DNA of 64,000 nt, from assembly GCF_004010195.1 (NCBI RefSeq), contig NC_057719.1, positions 26,874,418-26,938,417 of the forward strand, read 5' to 3'. The stretch comes from Chiloscyllium plagiosum (lineage: Eukaryota). The notes beneath the pieces were generated by a model, which made no database searches, was not told the origin of the DNA, and saw nothing but the letters and a program-made list of their open reading frames with translations. Shown one piece after another: positions 24,543 through 37,055 of this stretch. Both the position numbers and the translations under genes were made by a program. Every line of letters starts with the position of its first letter. The first letter of the stretch is position 1.

Positions 24543-25654
24543 GTTAAAAATCACACGACACCAGGTTGTAGTCCAATAGAGTTTAATTGGAAGCACACTA
24601 GCTTTCGGAGCGACGCTCCTTCATCAGGTGGTTGTGGAAGGCATAATTGTAAGGCACAGAATTTATATCCAAAGTTTACAGTATGATGTAACTGAAATTA
24701 TACATCGAAAAATACCTCAATTGTCTGTGGCGTCTTTCATCTGTTCGAATACCATGATAGTTTCACTTCTTTCATGTGTAAATCACAAAACCTTTTTTTA
24801 AAAGTTGCATTCTTAGGTTAACTAACAATTGGTGTTAGCTAGACAATATGTTGAAGGTGTTAGCCCCCTGTGTTCTCTGTGTATGCAATGATGTTTAGAT
24901 TGATTCTAATCTAACAAGTGAGATAACACAGTTTCACATGAATTCATGCAGTTTTTGAGCAAAGTACAATGTAACTCTGCAAGTACAAATTCATCCCACA
25001 AAATATATGTATAAGTGTGCATGTGAGTCTTTGTGTCTGTGTGTGTGTGTGTGTCTGTCTGGGTTGGGGGGGGTTGCAAGTGTGAGAGAGAGGGTATATG
25101 TGTGTGTAGTGAGTGTAGCGTGGTCTAAGTCTTTGAGAGGATGCATGTGTGAGTGTGGAAGTGTGTGTGTGTCTGTAAGGTTGTGTGCAAGTGTCTGCAT
25201 GCATGTCTGTGTAAATGTGTGTCTGTGTGTATGTGCATGTATAGTGCGATGGTGGTCACCTGTAATGTGACATGAACCCATGTCCCAGTTGAGGCCCTCC
25301 CTATGAGTATGGGACTTAGCTGTCAGCCTCTGCTCGGCCACTTTTCTCTGCTGCCTGTCCTGAAGTCCGCCTTGGAGTATGGCCACCCGAAGGTCCGAGG
25401 TCGAATGTCCTGGACCGCTGAAGTGTTCCCCAACTGGGAGGGAACACTCCTGTCTGTTGATTGTTGTGCAGTGCCCATTCATCCGTTGCCGTAGCCTTTG
25501 CTCGGTTTCCCCGATGTACCATGCCTCAGGGCATCCTTGCCTGCAACGTATAAGATAGACAATGTTGGCTGAGTCACATGAGTACCTACCACATACATGG
25601 TGGGAGATGTCCCCACGTGTAATGATGGTATCCATATCCACACTCTGACGCGTC
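24543..25654 (-). mobile_element. Penelope-like element 3' part (GIY-YIG endonuclease + CA-rich UTR + pLTR), left inverted arm
   Basis: ORF 24991-25641: YSCDSANIVYLIRCRQGCPEAWYIGETEQRLRQRMNGH..LPVGEHFSGPGH..RKVAEQRL..GLN, a PLE-type GIY-YIG domain. Confidence 0.92.
24596..24630 (-). ncRNA. Minimal type I hammerhead ribozyme in a PLE pLTR
   Basis: Minus strand reads cac-CTGATGA-a-ggagc gtc gctcc-GAAA-gc-TA-gtg. Sense to the GIY-YIG ORF. Confidence 0.85.
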
Positions 25655-25889
25655 CATACAACCCTGTCATGGTAGGCGCTGCAAGACGTGTCAGAGTGTG
25701 GATACCACTATTACGCATGGGGACACCTCCCACCATGTGCATAGCAGGTACTCATGTGACTCAGCCAACGTTGTCTATCTTATACATTGCAGGCAAGGGA
25801 TGCCCTGAGGCAAGGTACATTGGGGAAACTGAGCAAAGGCTACAGCAATGGATGAATGGGCACCGCACAACAATCAACAGACAAAAGTG

Positions 25890-26226
25890 GCACGGTGGCA
25901 CAGTGGTTGGCACGGTGGCACAGTGGTTAGCACCGCTGCCTCGCAGCGCCTGAGACCCGGGTTCAATTCCCGCCTCAGGCGACTGACTGTGTGGAGTTTG
26001 CACGTTCTCCCCGTGTCTGCGTGGGTTTCCTCCGGGTGCTCCGGTTTCCTCCCACAGTCCAAAAGATGTGCAGGGTCAGGTGAATTGGCCATGCTAAATT
26101 GCCCGTAGTGTTAGGTAATGGGTAAATGTAGGGGTATGGGTGGGTTTCGCTTCGGCGGGTCGGTGTGGACTTGTTGGGCCGAAGGGCCTGTTTCCACACT
26201 ATAATGTAATCTAATCTAATCTAAAA
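25890..26226 (+). mobile_element. Young HE1-type SINE inserted in the PLE endonuclease ORF
   Basis: CpG-rich full copy with (aatct)n tail. TSD aaaagtg at 25883-25889 and 26227-26233. 20 bp head is duplicated. Confidence 0.93.
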
Positions 26227-26358
26227 AAAAGTGTTCCCTCCCAGTTGGGGAACACTTCAGCGGTCCAGGACATTTGACCTTGGACCTTCGGGTGGCCATC
26301 CTCCAAGGCGGACTTCAGGACAGACAGCAGCGAAAAGTGGCTGAGCAGAGGCTGATAG

Positions 26359-26483
26359 GAGAAAGTGAGGACTGCAGAAGCTGGAGATCAGAGCTGAAAA
26401 ATGTGTTGCTGGAAAAGCACAGCAGGTCAGGCGGCATCCCAGGAGCAGGAGAAACGATGTTTCGGACATAAGCCCTTCTTCAG
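26359..26483 (-). mobile_element. Single-arm HHR-bearing insert (GGGC family) inside the PLE ORF
   Basis: 16 bp TSD gagcagaggctgatag at 26343-26358 and 26484-26499. Minus strand reads CTGAAGA-a-gggc ttat gtcc-GAAA-ca-TC. Confidence 0.88.
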
Positions 26484-27761
26484 GAGCAGAGGCTGATAGC
26501 TAAGTTCGGTACCCATAGGGAGGGCCTCAACCGGGACCTTGGGTCCATCTCACACTACAGGTGATCACATTGCACTATACACATACACCGACACACACAC
26601 AGCCACTCCTATACACACACATACACATGGACACACATATACACAGATACACACACACACACCCTTACAGGCACACACAATCTCACCCTCACACATGCAC
26701 CCCCTCAAAGACTTGAGACACTCTACACACATATATACACTCTCTCTCACACTCACAATCCCCCCAACCCAGACAGACAGACACACACACAGACAGACAC
26801 AAAGACCCATATGCACACATATACATATGTTTTGTGGGGTGAATTTGTACTTGCAGGGTTACATTGTACTTTGCTCAAAAACTGCATGAATTCATGTAAA
26901 ACTCTGTTATCTCACTTTTTAGATTAGAATCAATCTCAACATCATGGCATAGTCAGAGAACACAGGGGGCCAACACCTCCAACATATTGTCGAGCTAACA
27001 CCCATTGTTACAGCTAACCTGAGAATGTAACTTTTAAAAAAAAGGTTTTGTGATTTACACATGAAAGAAGTGTGGTATCATGGTATTCGAACAGATGAAA
27101 GACTCAACAAACAATCAAGGTATTTCTCAATGTATAATTTCAGTTACATCACACTGTAAACTTTTGCTATAAATTCTCTCTGTTAGGATTAAGCCCTCCA
27201 CTATCACCTGATGAAGGAGCGGCGCTCCGAGAGCTAGTGTACTTCCAATTAAACCTGTTGGACTATAACCTGGTGTTGTGTGATTTTTAACTTTGTACAC
27301 CCCAGTCCAACACCGGCATCTCCAAATCATGACGTCAACCTTATTCACCATTGTTTCTCATCACGCCACAAGTCATTAATAAAGATATAAAATATTTGAA
27401 TTCCAGCATTAATTCTTGTGGAACAGTAATAGTTGCTTTGTCTAGACATTACACCTTTTCAATTAAAGAAAAATTTAGGGGATACTGTTCCTTTGTGCAT
27501 TCTCTGATGCACAGCTTTACCAATCAGATTTGACTTGCCTTTTCTTGAATTTAAACAAAAGATTTGTGATCACTTCACTGGTGCATTTGCCATGGCAACA
27601 TTTTTACCAATCAGAGTCCTCTGTGAACCAATCAGCTCGTTTCCTTGCATTTGTCCTGATGAGTGCAAGATCTAAAGCTTCAACAACCTGCCTCTTTTTT
27701 CAGAAATACTCACAACATCAAACCGGAATTGGAACTGCAATCTATGCTGCATCAGCATTCT

Positions 27762-28035
27762 ATACCGGTACCACTCCCCAACACTTCCTCCGCTACATTG
27801 ATAACTGCATCGGTGCCACCTCGTGCTCCTGCGAGGAGGTTGAGCAATTCATCAACTTCACCAACACATTCCACCCTGACCTTAAATTCACCTGGACCAT
27901 CTCTATCACCTCCCTCCCCTTCCTGGACCTCTCCATCTCCATTAATGATGACCGACTTGACACTGACATTTTCTACAAACCCACCGACTCCCACAGCTAC
28001 CTGGATTACACCTCTTCTCACCATACCTCCTGCAA
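27762..28035 (+). mobile_element. Penelope-like reverse transcriptase fragment
   Basis: FLRYIDNCIGA..FINFTNTFHPDLKFTWTIS..LPFLDLSISI..TDIFYKPTDSHSYLDYTSSH, PLE RT motifs around (R)YIDD and the thumb. Confidence 0.9.
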
Positions 28036-28265
28036 AAGTGGAACAGATGAAAGACTCAACAGACAATCAAGGTATTTTTCAATGTATAATTTCAGTTACA
28101 TCACACTAAATTTTTGATATAAATTCTGTGCCTTACAATTGTGTCCTCCACAACCACCTGATGAAGGAGCGACGCTCCGAAAGCTAGTGTGCTTCCAATT
28201 AAATCTGTTGGACTATAACCTGGTGTTTAACTTTGTATACCCCAGTCCAACACCGGCATCTCCAA
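28036..28265 (+). mobile_element. Third Penelope pLTR
   Basis: Reverse complement of about 24543-24750. Followed by the TSD copy at 28266-28278. Confidence 0.88.
28155..28189 (+). ncRNA. Minimal type I hammerhead ribozyme, intact, sense to KCNH5
   Basis: cac-CTGATGA-a-ggagc gac gctcc-GAAA-gc-TA-gtg. Palindromic AGCT at loop 3; predicted cleavage after 28186. Confidence 0.85.
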
Positions 28266-29392
28266 TTCTTGGTCCTGGTGCAGTTTATTTCACAGTCCTT
28301 CAATCAGTTTAAGGAAGTATACGCAGTTGGCTGCCCTGTTTACTCGGGTCTCAGATGTTCAGTTGCTGTAGTGCTTTCAACTTCCAGCAATTTGCGATGC
28401 AAAACATCAGCAAGGTTGAATGGGCCAGGGAAGGTCCAATTATATCTGATGTTGTTAGATTCACTCCTAAGGTTAGCTATTGTCCAAATTGCAATTATTT
28501 CCAAACATGCTATTTGTGATTAGTTTTGATACACTGCAGAAAAATTTGACCAATGTCTTTGTCAATATTTATCTCTGAACCAATGTAACTGAACGTATTA
28601 CCTGATCATTATCATATTTTATTTTGTGGCGCCATTCAAATTGGCTGATGTGTTTCTGACATTACCTCAGGGACTGCTGTAAATTATTTCATTGTCTGTA
28701 AAGGGTTTTGGGCGACCTGAAATTGTTAACAATCCTATATAAATGGTAGTCCTTTCTGGGTATTGTCAATGAGTTCTTGAATGAAAGAATAACACCGAAG
28801 ATAATATCAAAGATTCTATGGAATCTCTTGATTTTTTAGGAACCAGTTTACACCATGTTGTTACTAAATTATCCTGCTCTTAGGGAGGATCCTATCATTA
28901 GCTCTTAAACATTCTAGAGCATATTCCTGCTAATCAGGACTCGTTCACATGCTGTTTGTGTGGCAGAGATCTTTGTGGGCTGTGTTTTGCATACCAGGAG
29001 CAAAATCCTCTTGCTGCAATATAATGTCACACTAACTATTCCTTTCTGTACATGGTTTATTGTTCATGAAGGGAAGTCATATAGCAAGAATTAGTTTTAA
29101 CTCATTACTGTCAATTTAGCAAAACACTGTTGTCTCATTTGACTCTACATAATGTTGAATGTACATTCTTTGAATGCAGTGAATTTAATTATGTAGAGTG
29201 TGGATTTGTATTAAGTAGAAAGTGTGTTGGTCAGATTATAAATTAACCTGATGATATTGTGGATTTTGTTTTGCACATATGAATAGTAATTATACTATGT
29301 GGAGATCAATATCCGCAATACACGTACTTCCAAATCTAGTCCAACAAATGCATTATTGAATGGCATGCTATTACCAAACTGTACTGTTTTAA

Positions 29393-29545
<153 letters not shown>

Positions 29546-30539
29546 TAAATGGAATGTTTTATTCTTTATTTGTAACATGGTTACACAGGCATAACTAATG
29601 AAGTGCTGCTTACTTGTTTGACTTGGATTGTATTTTTCTTTAATGGAAGGAAGCTGTTGAGGTCATCCATAAGATATTTTACAGTTGGTGGAATTGAAAG
29701 CAATCCTTCAGGATCACCAGCAAACGATACATGGTACCAATGGAAGCAAAACCATGGCTTGGATGTATTCTCAAATCAATGATACAGGTCTATTTGCCTT
29801 GGTATTGCTCGGATGCTATTATTATAGCACTGCCGCAGAGGTGCTTTACTATAGCAGTTTAAGAAGGGAAACCATCCTTTGGTATTTTTCATTTGACAAA
29901 TCAGTGATGAAGCATTAATGGGTAACAACGTTCTGGAGTTATTACTGGACTTAAGAACAGTTCGGCACTGGAGGGTATTATCTTCTGTATCTTGCTAAGT
30001 GATTGAAATTTATCACAACATGTTATTGTTGAGTGCCATTTATTTAGTCTTGAACACACCAATGCACTTGAACATTATCATGTCATAACGTTCATAAAAC
30101 TCTGTGAGACCTTAACTAAATGCTTGCCTAAAATTCTGAGTAAAATTCTGCAGCCTTTTTACTGCTGCAAATGACGTCCTGTAAGCGCAAGGCTACAAAA
30201 ACCTTAATACGAGTTTGTTTTATGTTCTCAAAATTAGTTTACAGGCTGACTATTAGTAGGCATCAGCTAAGTGGCATTTTGCCTTGTTTTGTGGAGGGTT
30301 TCTCTGTGCAAGGCTGAGCAAATTTTCTTGAGGTGGCTTTACAAACTTTCTCCATTGACTATACATCGTGCTCTTATAGTATCCTGCTTGTCTATTCTCC
30401 CATTTGTCGTAGGTGCGAATTCTCATCACTGCCAGGCTATCTTGGGATCCATCTTGGAAGCTTAACTGTGCATTTGGTCAAACATTGGCAATTTTGAGTA
30501 GTCCTACACTATGTATGTGATGTTCCTGTGCACGACAGG

Positions 30540-30700
30540 GCAACTTTGTTTAGTATGGCCAATTCACCTAAACTGTGCATCTTTCAACTGTGGGAGAAAA
30601 CTGGAGCACCCAGAGGAAACCTGTGTAGACACAGGGAAAAAGTGCAAACTCCATACAGACGGTCACCCAAGACTTCAGTCAAACCCAGGTCCCTGGTGCT
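30540..30700 (-). mobile_element. HE1-type SINE fragment
   Basis: Central SINE block only. Confidence 0.75.
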
Positions 30701-30707
30701 TCACATC

Positions 30708-31575
30708 ATCTCAGACAAAGCAGCCCACTTGATTAGCATCACATCCGCAATCATCCATTCTCTGATGCTCAGAAGCAGCAGTGTGTACCATCTACAAGAT
30801 GCACTGCAGAAATTCACCAAAGATCTTTGACAGCACCTTGCAAACCCATGAGTAATTCCATCTCAAAGGACAAGGGCAGCAGATACATGGGAACACCACC
30901 ATCTGCAAGTTCTCCTCCAAGCCACCAACGATCCTGACTTGGAAGTATATCATTGTTCCTTCACTTTAGCTGTGTCAAAATCATGGAATTGCCTCCCTCA
31001 GGGCATTGTGGGTCAAACTACGGTACGTGGACAGCAGCGGCTCAAGAAAGCAGCTCACTATTATCTTCTCAAGTGCAACTAGAGACGGACAATATATACT
31101 GGTCCTGCCAGCAATGCCATCTCCCATGAATTAATAAAAAAAAACATGAGGCTCGTGCCAAAACTAGAACTGTCTCACAGTCTAGCCAGGCAACAGCGTG
31201 ACATAGTCATACTCACAGAATCATACCTTGCAGATAATGTCCCAGATGCTGTCTTCACCATTTCTTGATGTGACCAGTCCCACCCGCAGGAGACACTCAG
31301 CAGAGGTGGCAGCAGATATATGGGAACACCACCCCCTGCAAGTTCCCTCAAAGCCATTCACCATCCTGACTTGGAAATATATTGCCATTCTTTCACTGTC
31401 GCTGGCTCAAAATCTGGGAATTATCTCACTGAGGGCATTGTGGGTCAATTTACAGCAAGCAGACTGGAGTGATTCAAGAAGGCAGCTCACCGCCACTTTC
31501 TCCAGGGCAATTAGGGACAGACAATAAATGACACCCAGCCAGTGACACCCATGTCCCATGAATGAATAAAGAAAA
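30708..31575 (+). mobile_element. Two tandem 3' fragments of a CR1/L2-group LINE
   Basis: Both resemble 39360-39846 and end in catgaat..aataaa. 31150-31290 resembles the endonuclease start at 37060-37170. Confidence 0.78.
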
Positions 31576-34377
31576 ACTCCTTCATTCCCTGCCTACCAAG
31601 AATCTATCTACCTCTATCGCCAAGCAAGACTTATTGTAAACATTATTGGAAGGATAAAAGGAACTTGGTTTGTACCTTGAGAGATAATGCGTTCTAAATT
31701 GGAAGAAATTGATTTTGTTTAATCTGTGCTAAGTTTCTTTTAACAATCAATTTAGTTGCTGACGATATTCATTGATTTACCCTGGTAAGCTTGTAAATAT
31801 AAAATGACCAAAATGAGACAAATAATTTGAATCAACATGGTACTTCTGTAATGCTTTCAGAGAGACTAAAATAAACTGAAATGAAAAGAAGAAAAGCAAT
31901 AATCCATTGCATGCTCACTATACATGATTCTGGAATTAATTTAGAGACAATTATAAAATACACTGCTTTTGCTGAAAGAAATTTAGGGTAGAACTCAAAG
32001 AAGCACCTTGGTTCACTGCTCTCACTGAAGCATAATGAGGCAAATTTATTTTGCTGGTATGGCTGAGTGACTCTGTGATTAAGCAACAGGGTCACTCCTT
32101 TCTGATTGCAGAGTGTGATAATGGAACAGAGGTCTACAGGGAATGTGGTGAATTGTTGTTCTGTAACTGTACGTCCAAGTTAGGAACATAGCATTGTAAA
32201 TTCAGTACCAATATTATAACACAGATTGCTGCAAAATGTGGGACTTGAGTTTGTTCATGCTTTAGTAGACATTAGATTTAATTATGTGAAAACTCTTGTC
32301 CATATTGTCAACAGCATGTTGACTCAATGCACTGGAGGGCATAGGTAGTGTCCCTTCGTCTCTTTGCAGGACAAAGTGGGTGACCCCCTGACTGATGTCT
32401 CAGTAGCACCCTGGCTGACCGACCTGAAGTGTCTGGACTGGTTGCAACTGACCTGCAGAATTTACTGTGGTCAACATCCTGTAATTAGGTGAGTCCCTTG
32501 AATGACTTTCGTCTCCCTTCACCCTGCCAAAGATCCTTCCCCTTGAGGTATTGTCCTGGTTTGCGCTGCAGACATTGCGCCACACTGCGCCATCCACTCC
32601 CTGTCTGGCTGAAACATTTACTCCAGTGTTATCCACTGTCACAAGCTGCTCGCTTCTCGCTTGTGTTGAAAAGTAAGATAAGTCACAGAGGCTTTCTTTT
32701 GCGTTAAGAAAGAAAGGTGACCCACTCAGCCTGTACCTAAAGTGAGTGCGTGCTAACAAACAAAGAACCGTAAGATGTCAGCACAAAAGCATGGTACCGA
32801 TGCGTGGCTGTCCCTGCATGCAAAGTGACTTGGCAGACGAAAGTAAGTTGTAGGTATCCAACATCTTCAAAGTCAAGTGTTGAAAGGCTAAAGTGGTGTC
32901 TGAGTTGATCCAAGAGTAGGCATGATGATGTGGTGAGGCTGGTGGTTTGTCAATGCCAACTTGCCAACTTTTAGAAGATGGTAATCAAAGGCCTGCAGAG
33001 ATATTGTTCTATAAAAGCAGTTGCTTGATAGTTGGGGCAGGCATTCAGCAAGCTTTGGCCACCAGATAGCCACTTTAATTTATATGGCAGGAATTTGTAC
33101 CATCCAGTTCCTCAGTGGAACAGTGAAGTGGGATGTAAATAGGTTGAGCTAAGGCTTTAAATTAGATGAATGAAATAAGATTGTCTACACTCAAGGGCAG
33201 TTTCAGCAGGGGAATTTAAGGTTTGAAGGGGAAATAAGGTAAATTTTTCTTGAGGTCAAGAATCTGTTTTTTTTACATTCTCACCTTCTTTATCATGATG
33301 TCGACCTTTGCTCTTGCCACATCATTAAGGAGAAGCATCTGCCCACTGTGTCTATCTCCACTTCAGATATTCAGTTATCTTTGTAAAAGCTTAACCTCAG
33401 CAATCCTAATATCATAATTCTTACAGGAAAGGACATTTAGAGAATGATTCATCTGATACCTTGGCTCCAACACGAGAGCTAGCTGCCAAAGATGGAAAGT
33501 CACCTCGGTCAACCTCAGTTCTATTGTCGAAAAAGAACACCAAATTGCCTCTCAAAATAGTGTCCTTGGTTTGTAACTACAATAAAGTCTAGAGTAGGAA
33601 AAAGAAAGGCCGATTTCGATACCCAGGGAAAGCACTGGCTCAACAGAAACCTCAATGAATTCTTTTTACTTTGGAGTTTGATGTATAAAAGGAGATAATT
33701 CATTTGTGTTATGCTCCATTATTCATGGGGATTACAGTCACCAGGAAAGGATTCACTTCAAAAGATTAATCAATTTGGGATAATTTATGCAATTGGGTGA
33801 TCATATTAGTGTGTTGAAAGTCTAACACATTATAATATTCTAGGATGGACACTGGATTAAGGATTAGTCCTTATTTGAAGGTAAGAAGTGAAAAAAAGAG
33901 TTAAGTAGATTGTAGCTAACCTTTTTAACCAACCTCAATGTCATGGATTGAGAATGTTCTTTACAATGGAAAATTCATTGACTGTTAGTTGGAATTGTGT
34001 TATGGTTGAATCAAATGCCCACAAAAAGCATTAGGAAATTGATAACTTACTTGTAAAAGGTAACGTGAACTGTGAACAATTATCTCACACTATGAAGTGC
34101 AGAGTCAGGTGACTTCTTTTGTGGTTTCTGTACAGACATGAATTAAATCATGTCTGATTAGAGAAAAATACTGTGGATGCTAAATATCTGCAGATAAAAG
34201 GAAAATGAAAATGCTGGAGAAACTCAGCAGGTTTTGCAACATCTGTGGACAGAGAAACAGATTCTTCTGCAGAACTAAACAGGGCTGGAAAATTATTATT
34301 TATGTTCCTGATGAAGGGGGAGGTGGGGTGAATGAAGATAGTGAGGGTGCCCTGAGCAAAACACAAAGGGATTGCTA

Positions 34378-34650
34378 ATAAGAACATAAGAGCTAGGAGC
34401 AGGAATAAACAATTCAGCCCCTTGAATCTGTTCCACCATTTGAGGTGATCATGGCTGATCAACTTTTCTGTCACTTTCCATAACCTTTCAACCAGTTACC
34501 AATTAAAAATCAGCCAATCTCTCCTTGTATTTATACAATATTCCAGCATCCACCATGCTCTGGGGAAGTGATTTCCACCGATTGATGACCCTTTGGGAGA
34601 AATAATTTCTTTTCATCTCTGTTTTAAACCTGCTACCCCTTATCCTAAAT
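34378..34650 (-). mobile_element. CR1 3' end, preceded by a decayed pLTR-like repeat (34165-34290)
   Basis: ataagaacataag tail; same type as 7390-7700. Confidence 0.7.
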
Positions 34651-34999
34651 CTGATCTTCATGCGAAAAAGCTATTAAGGATTGCTTTAGATAATCATAAA
34701 TATATTGGCTTTGCTAAAAGAAAATTGATACAAACAAGGCATTTATGAGGAGAGGGGTGCAGGTGCGTGGAGAGAAATGGTGTCATCTGATTGTAGAGCA
34801 GTGTTCATGATGTCAAGTGGTTCAACTCAATGTTGAGTTCTGATAGCTGTAAAGTGTTCATTGGAAAATTAAGTGTTATTTCTGCCAGCTTCCTTTGGCC
34901 TTCACTGACAAGCAAGCCTGTGATGGAACTATTAGTGTGGGAGCAAGAAGGTATACTGAGTTGACAAGCAACTAGAAGTTTAGGGTCATTCTTATAGAC

Positions 35000-35165
35000 A
35001 AAGGAGACATGTTTTACAACATGGTCAATCTGCGTTTGATCTTGCCATTGTGAGCAGTGAATACAGTAAATTAGATTGAAAGAAGTATATGTAGATCATT
35101 CCTTCACCTATAAGGTGTTTTTGGGCCCAGGATAGTGAGGAATGGAGAGGTGAAAAGGCAAGTGT
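35000..35165 (-). mobile_element. Old Penelope GIY-YIG relic
   Basis: Minus strand reads GPKNTL*VKE*STYTSFNLIYCIHCSQ..GKIKRRL. Confidence 0.55.
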
Positions 35166-37055
35166 CTGACTCTGTATACCATTAAAATGTTCATATTTGT
35201 GTGCAGACCTTTCATTGAAGAGTATTAAGGAGCAATAAGGTGACTCGGGGAATTTTATGGGTCCTGTTGTCGGTTATTTACAGAATCTCAGATATAACCT
35301 TGATTTCTGTTTGAAATCTAACAAGTGCCATGAGAAGCCATCTTAGCGCAGGAAGATGTGAATGACCAACATTCAGTCCCTGTCACGTGACATTGGCTTA
35401 TGACATCAGACCTTGTGTGGACAATGGAAATCCTGATTCTGTGGCAATATGATTGAAATTAACTTGAGATGGAAGGTACTTTGAGAACAGCCCAGTCTGG
35501 TCAGTCTGGGAGAAGATGAGATCTGAAGACAATAAGGAAGCCATCTATCCCTGAGAAATGGGTGGAGCCTGTCTCAAAATTTATCCTTGGGAGAAGATTG
35601 CATCATTTAAGCTGTAAAATTATAAATCTTCACTTCAGGGGCTCAACAACTTTGGCTGGGCAACCAAAATTTCTTTTTGTTTGGGGTGAATCATCGTGAA
35701 TGTGTCACCACCAATATTCAGAGCATTAAGAGGGAATCCTTCAGGCCTGCAATGTTTTACCTACCATCGTGTGAACTCGTGAGAATTATTTTCTTTTTCT
35801 TTTGTTCTTTGAGAGTAAACTTTAGATGTCATCATTTCTTGTGGTGTGTATTTGGTGTGGAAAAGCAATGGGCGTTTGTTGTGCTTGCATGTTGTGTGCT
35901 GTGAAACATAAGCATTTATCCTTTCATTTGGTTTAAGTGTAAAAGAAAGCCTGTCTTTCTGAAAAATCATAGCATGTAAGGGCTTAAAATACTTCTTCTC
36001 TAAAATATTATTAGGCTCAGCTGAGAAGTGAGAAAAGAAGGAAATTTTCTCATCCATGTGTAAAATCCATAACAATTTTAATGTCATTATGGGTTCAGAG
36101 GTTGATGCAAATTGAAAGCCCATTGTAAAGAAGCAGAGAGACAAGAACCAACACTCCAGAAGCCTGGCTAAATCCTAGGTTGGGTTTTGAGAACTTAGAC
36201 TCAGATTTATATATCTAGAAATAAAAGATATTGGCATCAGTAAAGGTAGTCATAAAACTGTTGGATTGTTATAAGAACCAAATTGGTTCCCTAATTGGTT
36301 TAGGAGGTAAAAAAAACAACTATCCTTATCTATTCTGGCTTATAAGTGATTCAAAACTGCACTAACAAAAACAGAAATTGCTGGAGAAATTCAGCAGGTC
36401 TGGTGGCATCAGCTAACAGAAAGCAATGTTAAAATTTCAAGTTCAGTGACTTTTCTTCAGAACAAGGCTGCACCACAGTGGATGAATCTTAATGTAGCCT
36501 AGCAAGTTTCAAACTTCCGAATAAGAAATAACAGTGACACCCTCATACTGTGAAACAATATAAATTATGAACTTTGGTCACATTGTAATTTGTACCAGAC
36601 TGGGGAAGCAGCTTTCACACTGCATCAGCATTTATTGGGACACTGAAAATGCTCTTCAAGGTAAATGGAAAATGGGGTTAGGAAGATAAATGAATGCCAC
36701 ACACTCCTTCCTTCTTGCCCATGGTCCTGCTGAGGTTGTCTCTCTGAGTCTTGTTGCTAGCTGCTGAATGTTTCTCTCCTGCTGTCTGGTTGTTTCTGGC
36801 CACTCAGACTGCTGCTGCCTCCCACTAACCAGCTCTGCTTCCTAATCACTTCCCACAGACAGACAGCTGACTGGCAGCTTGCAGAGGAAGTCTGGGAATT
36901 AAAATATCTCATGCCTGAAAACAATCATTTTATATTGCTGCCCTCTCCTCCACATATTTTAAGACTGTTCGATGTTAAAATTGGCTCCTGTGTTAAACAC
37001 ACAAGAGGGCTTTGTATTCTGATTCTGTCAGTCATTCTTCCTCTCTCCGTGCAGG

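Larger units (their letters stand above)
25655..27330 (+). mobile_element. Penelope-like element 3' part, right inverted arm, with two nested inserts
   Basis: IQPCHGRRCKTCQ..GCPEARYIGETEQRLQQWMNGHR GIY-YIG region. The pLTR HHR at 27205-27239 has GAGA instead of GAAA. Confidence 0.92.

Noticed and set aside
24991..25641. GIY-YIG ORF as a host nuclease gene or an active element
   Set aside because: 5'-truncated PLE fragment without its RT, frameshifted into a CA-rich UTR.
25890..25975. tRNA gene
   Set aside because: tRNA-like A/B boxes are the head of an HE1 SINE, continuous with the SINE body and tail; the same applies to the other copies.
35300..35950. Possible second Tx1-like relic
   Set aside because: Only a vague resemblance; I could not recover a convincing motif.
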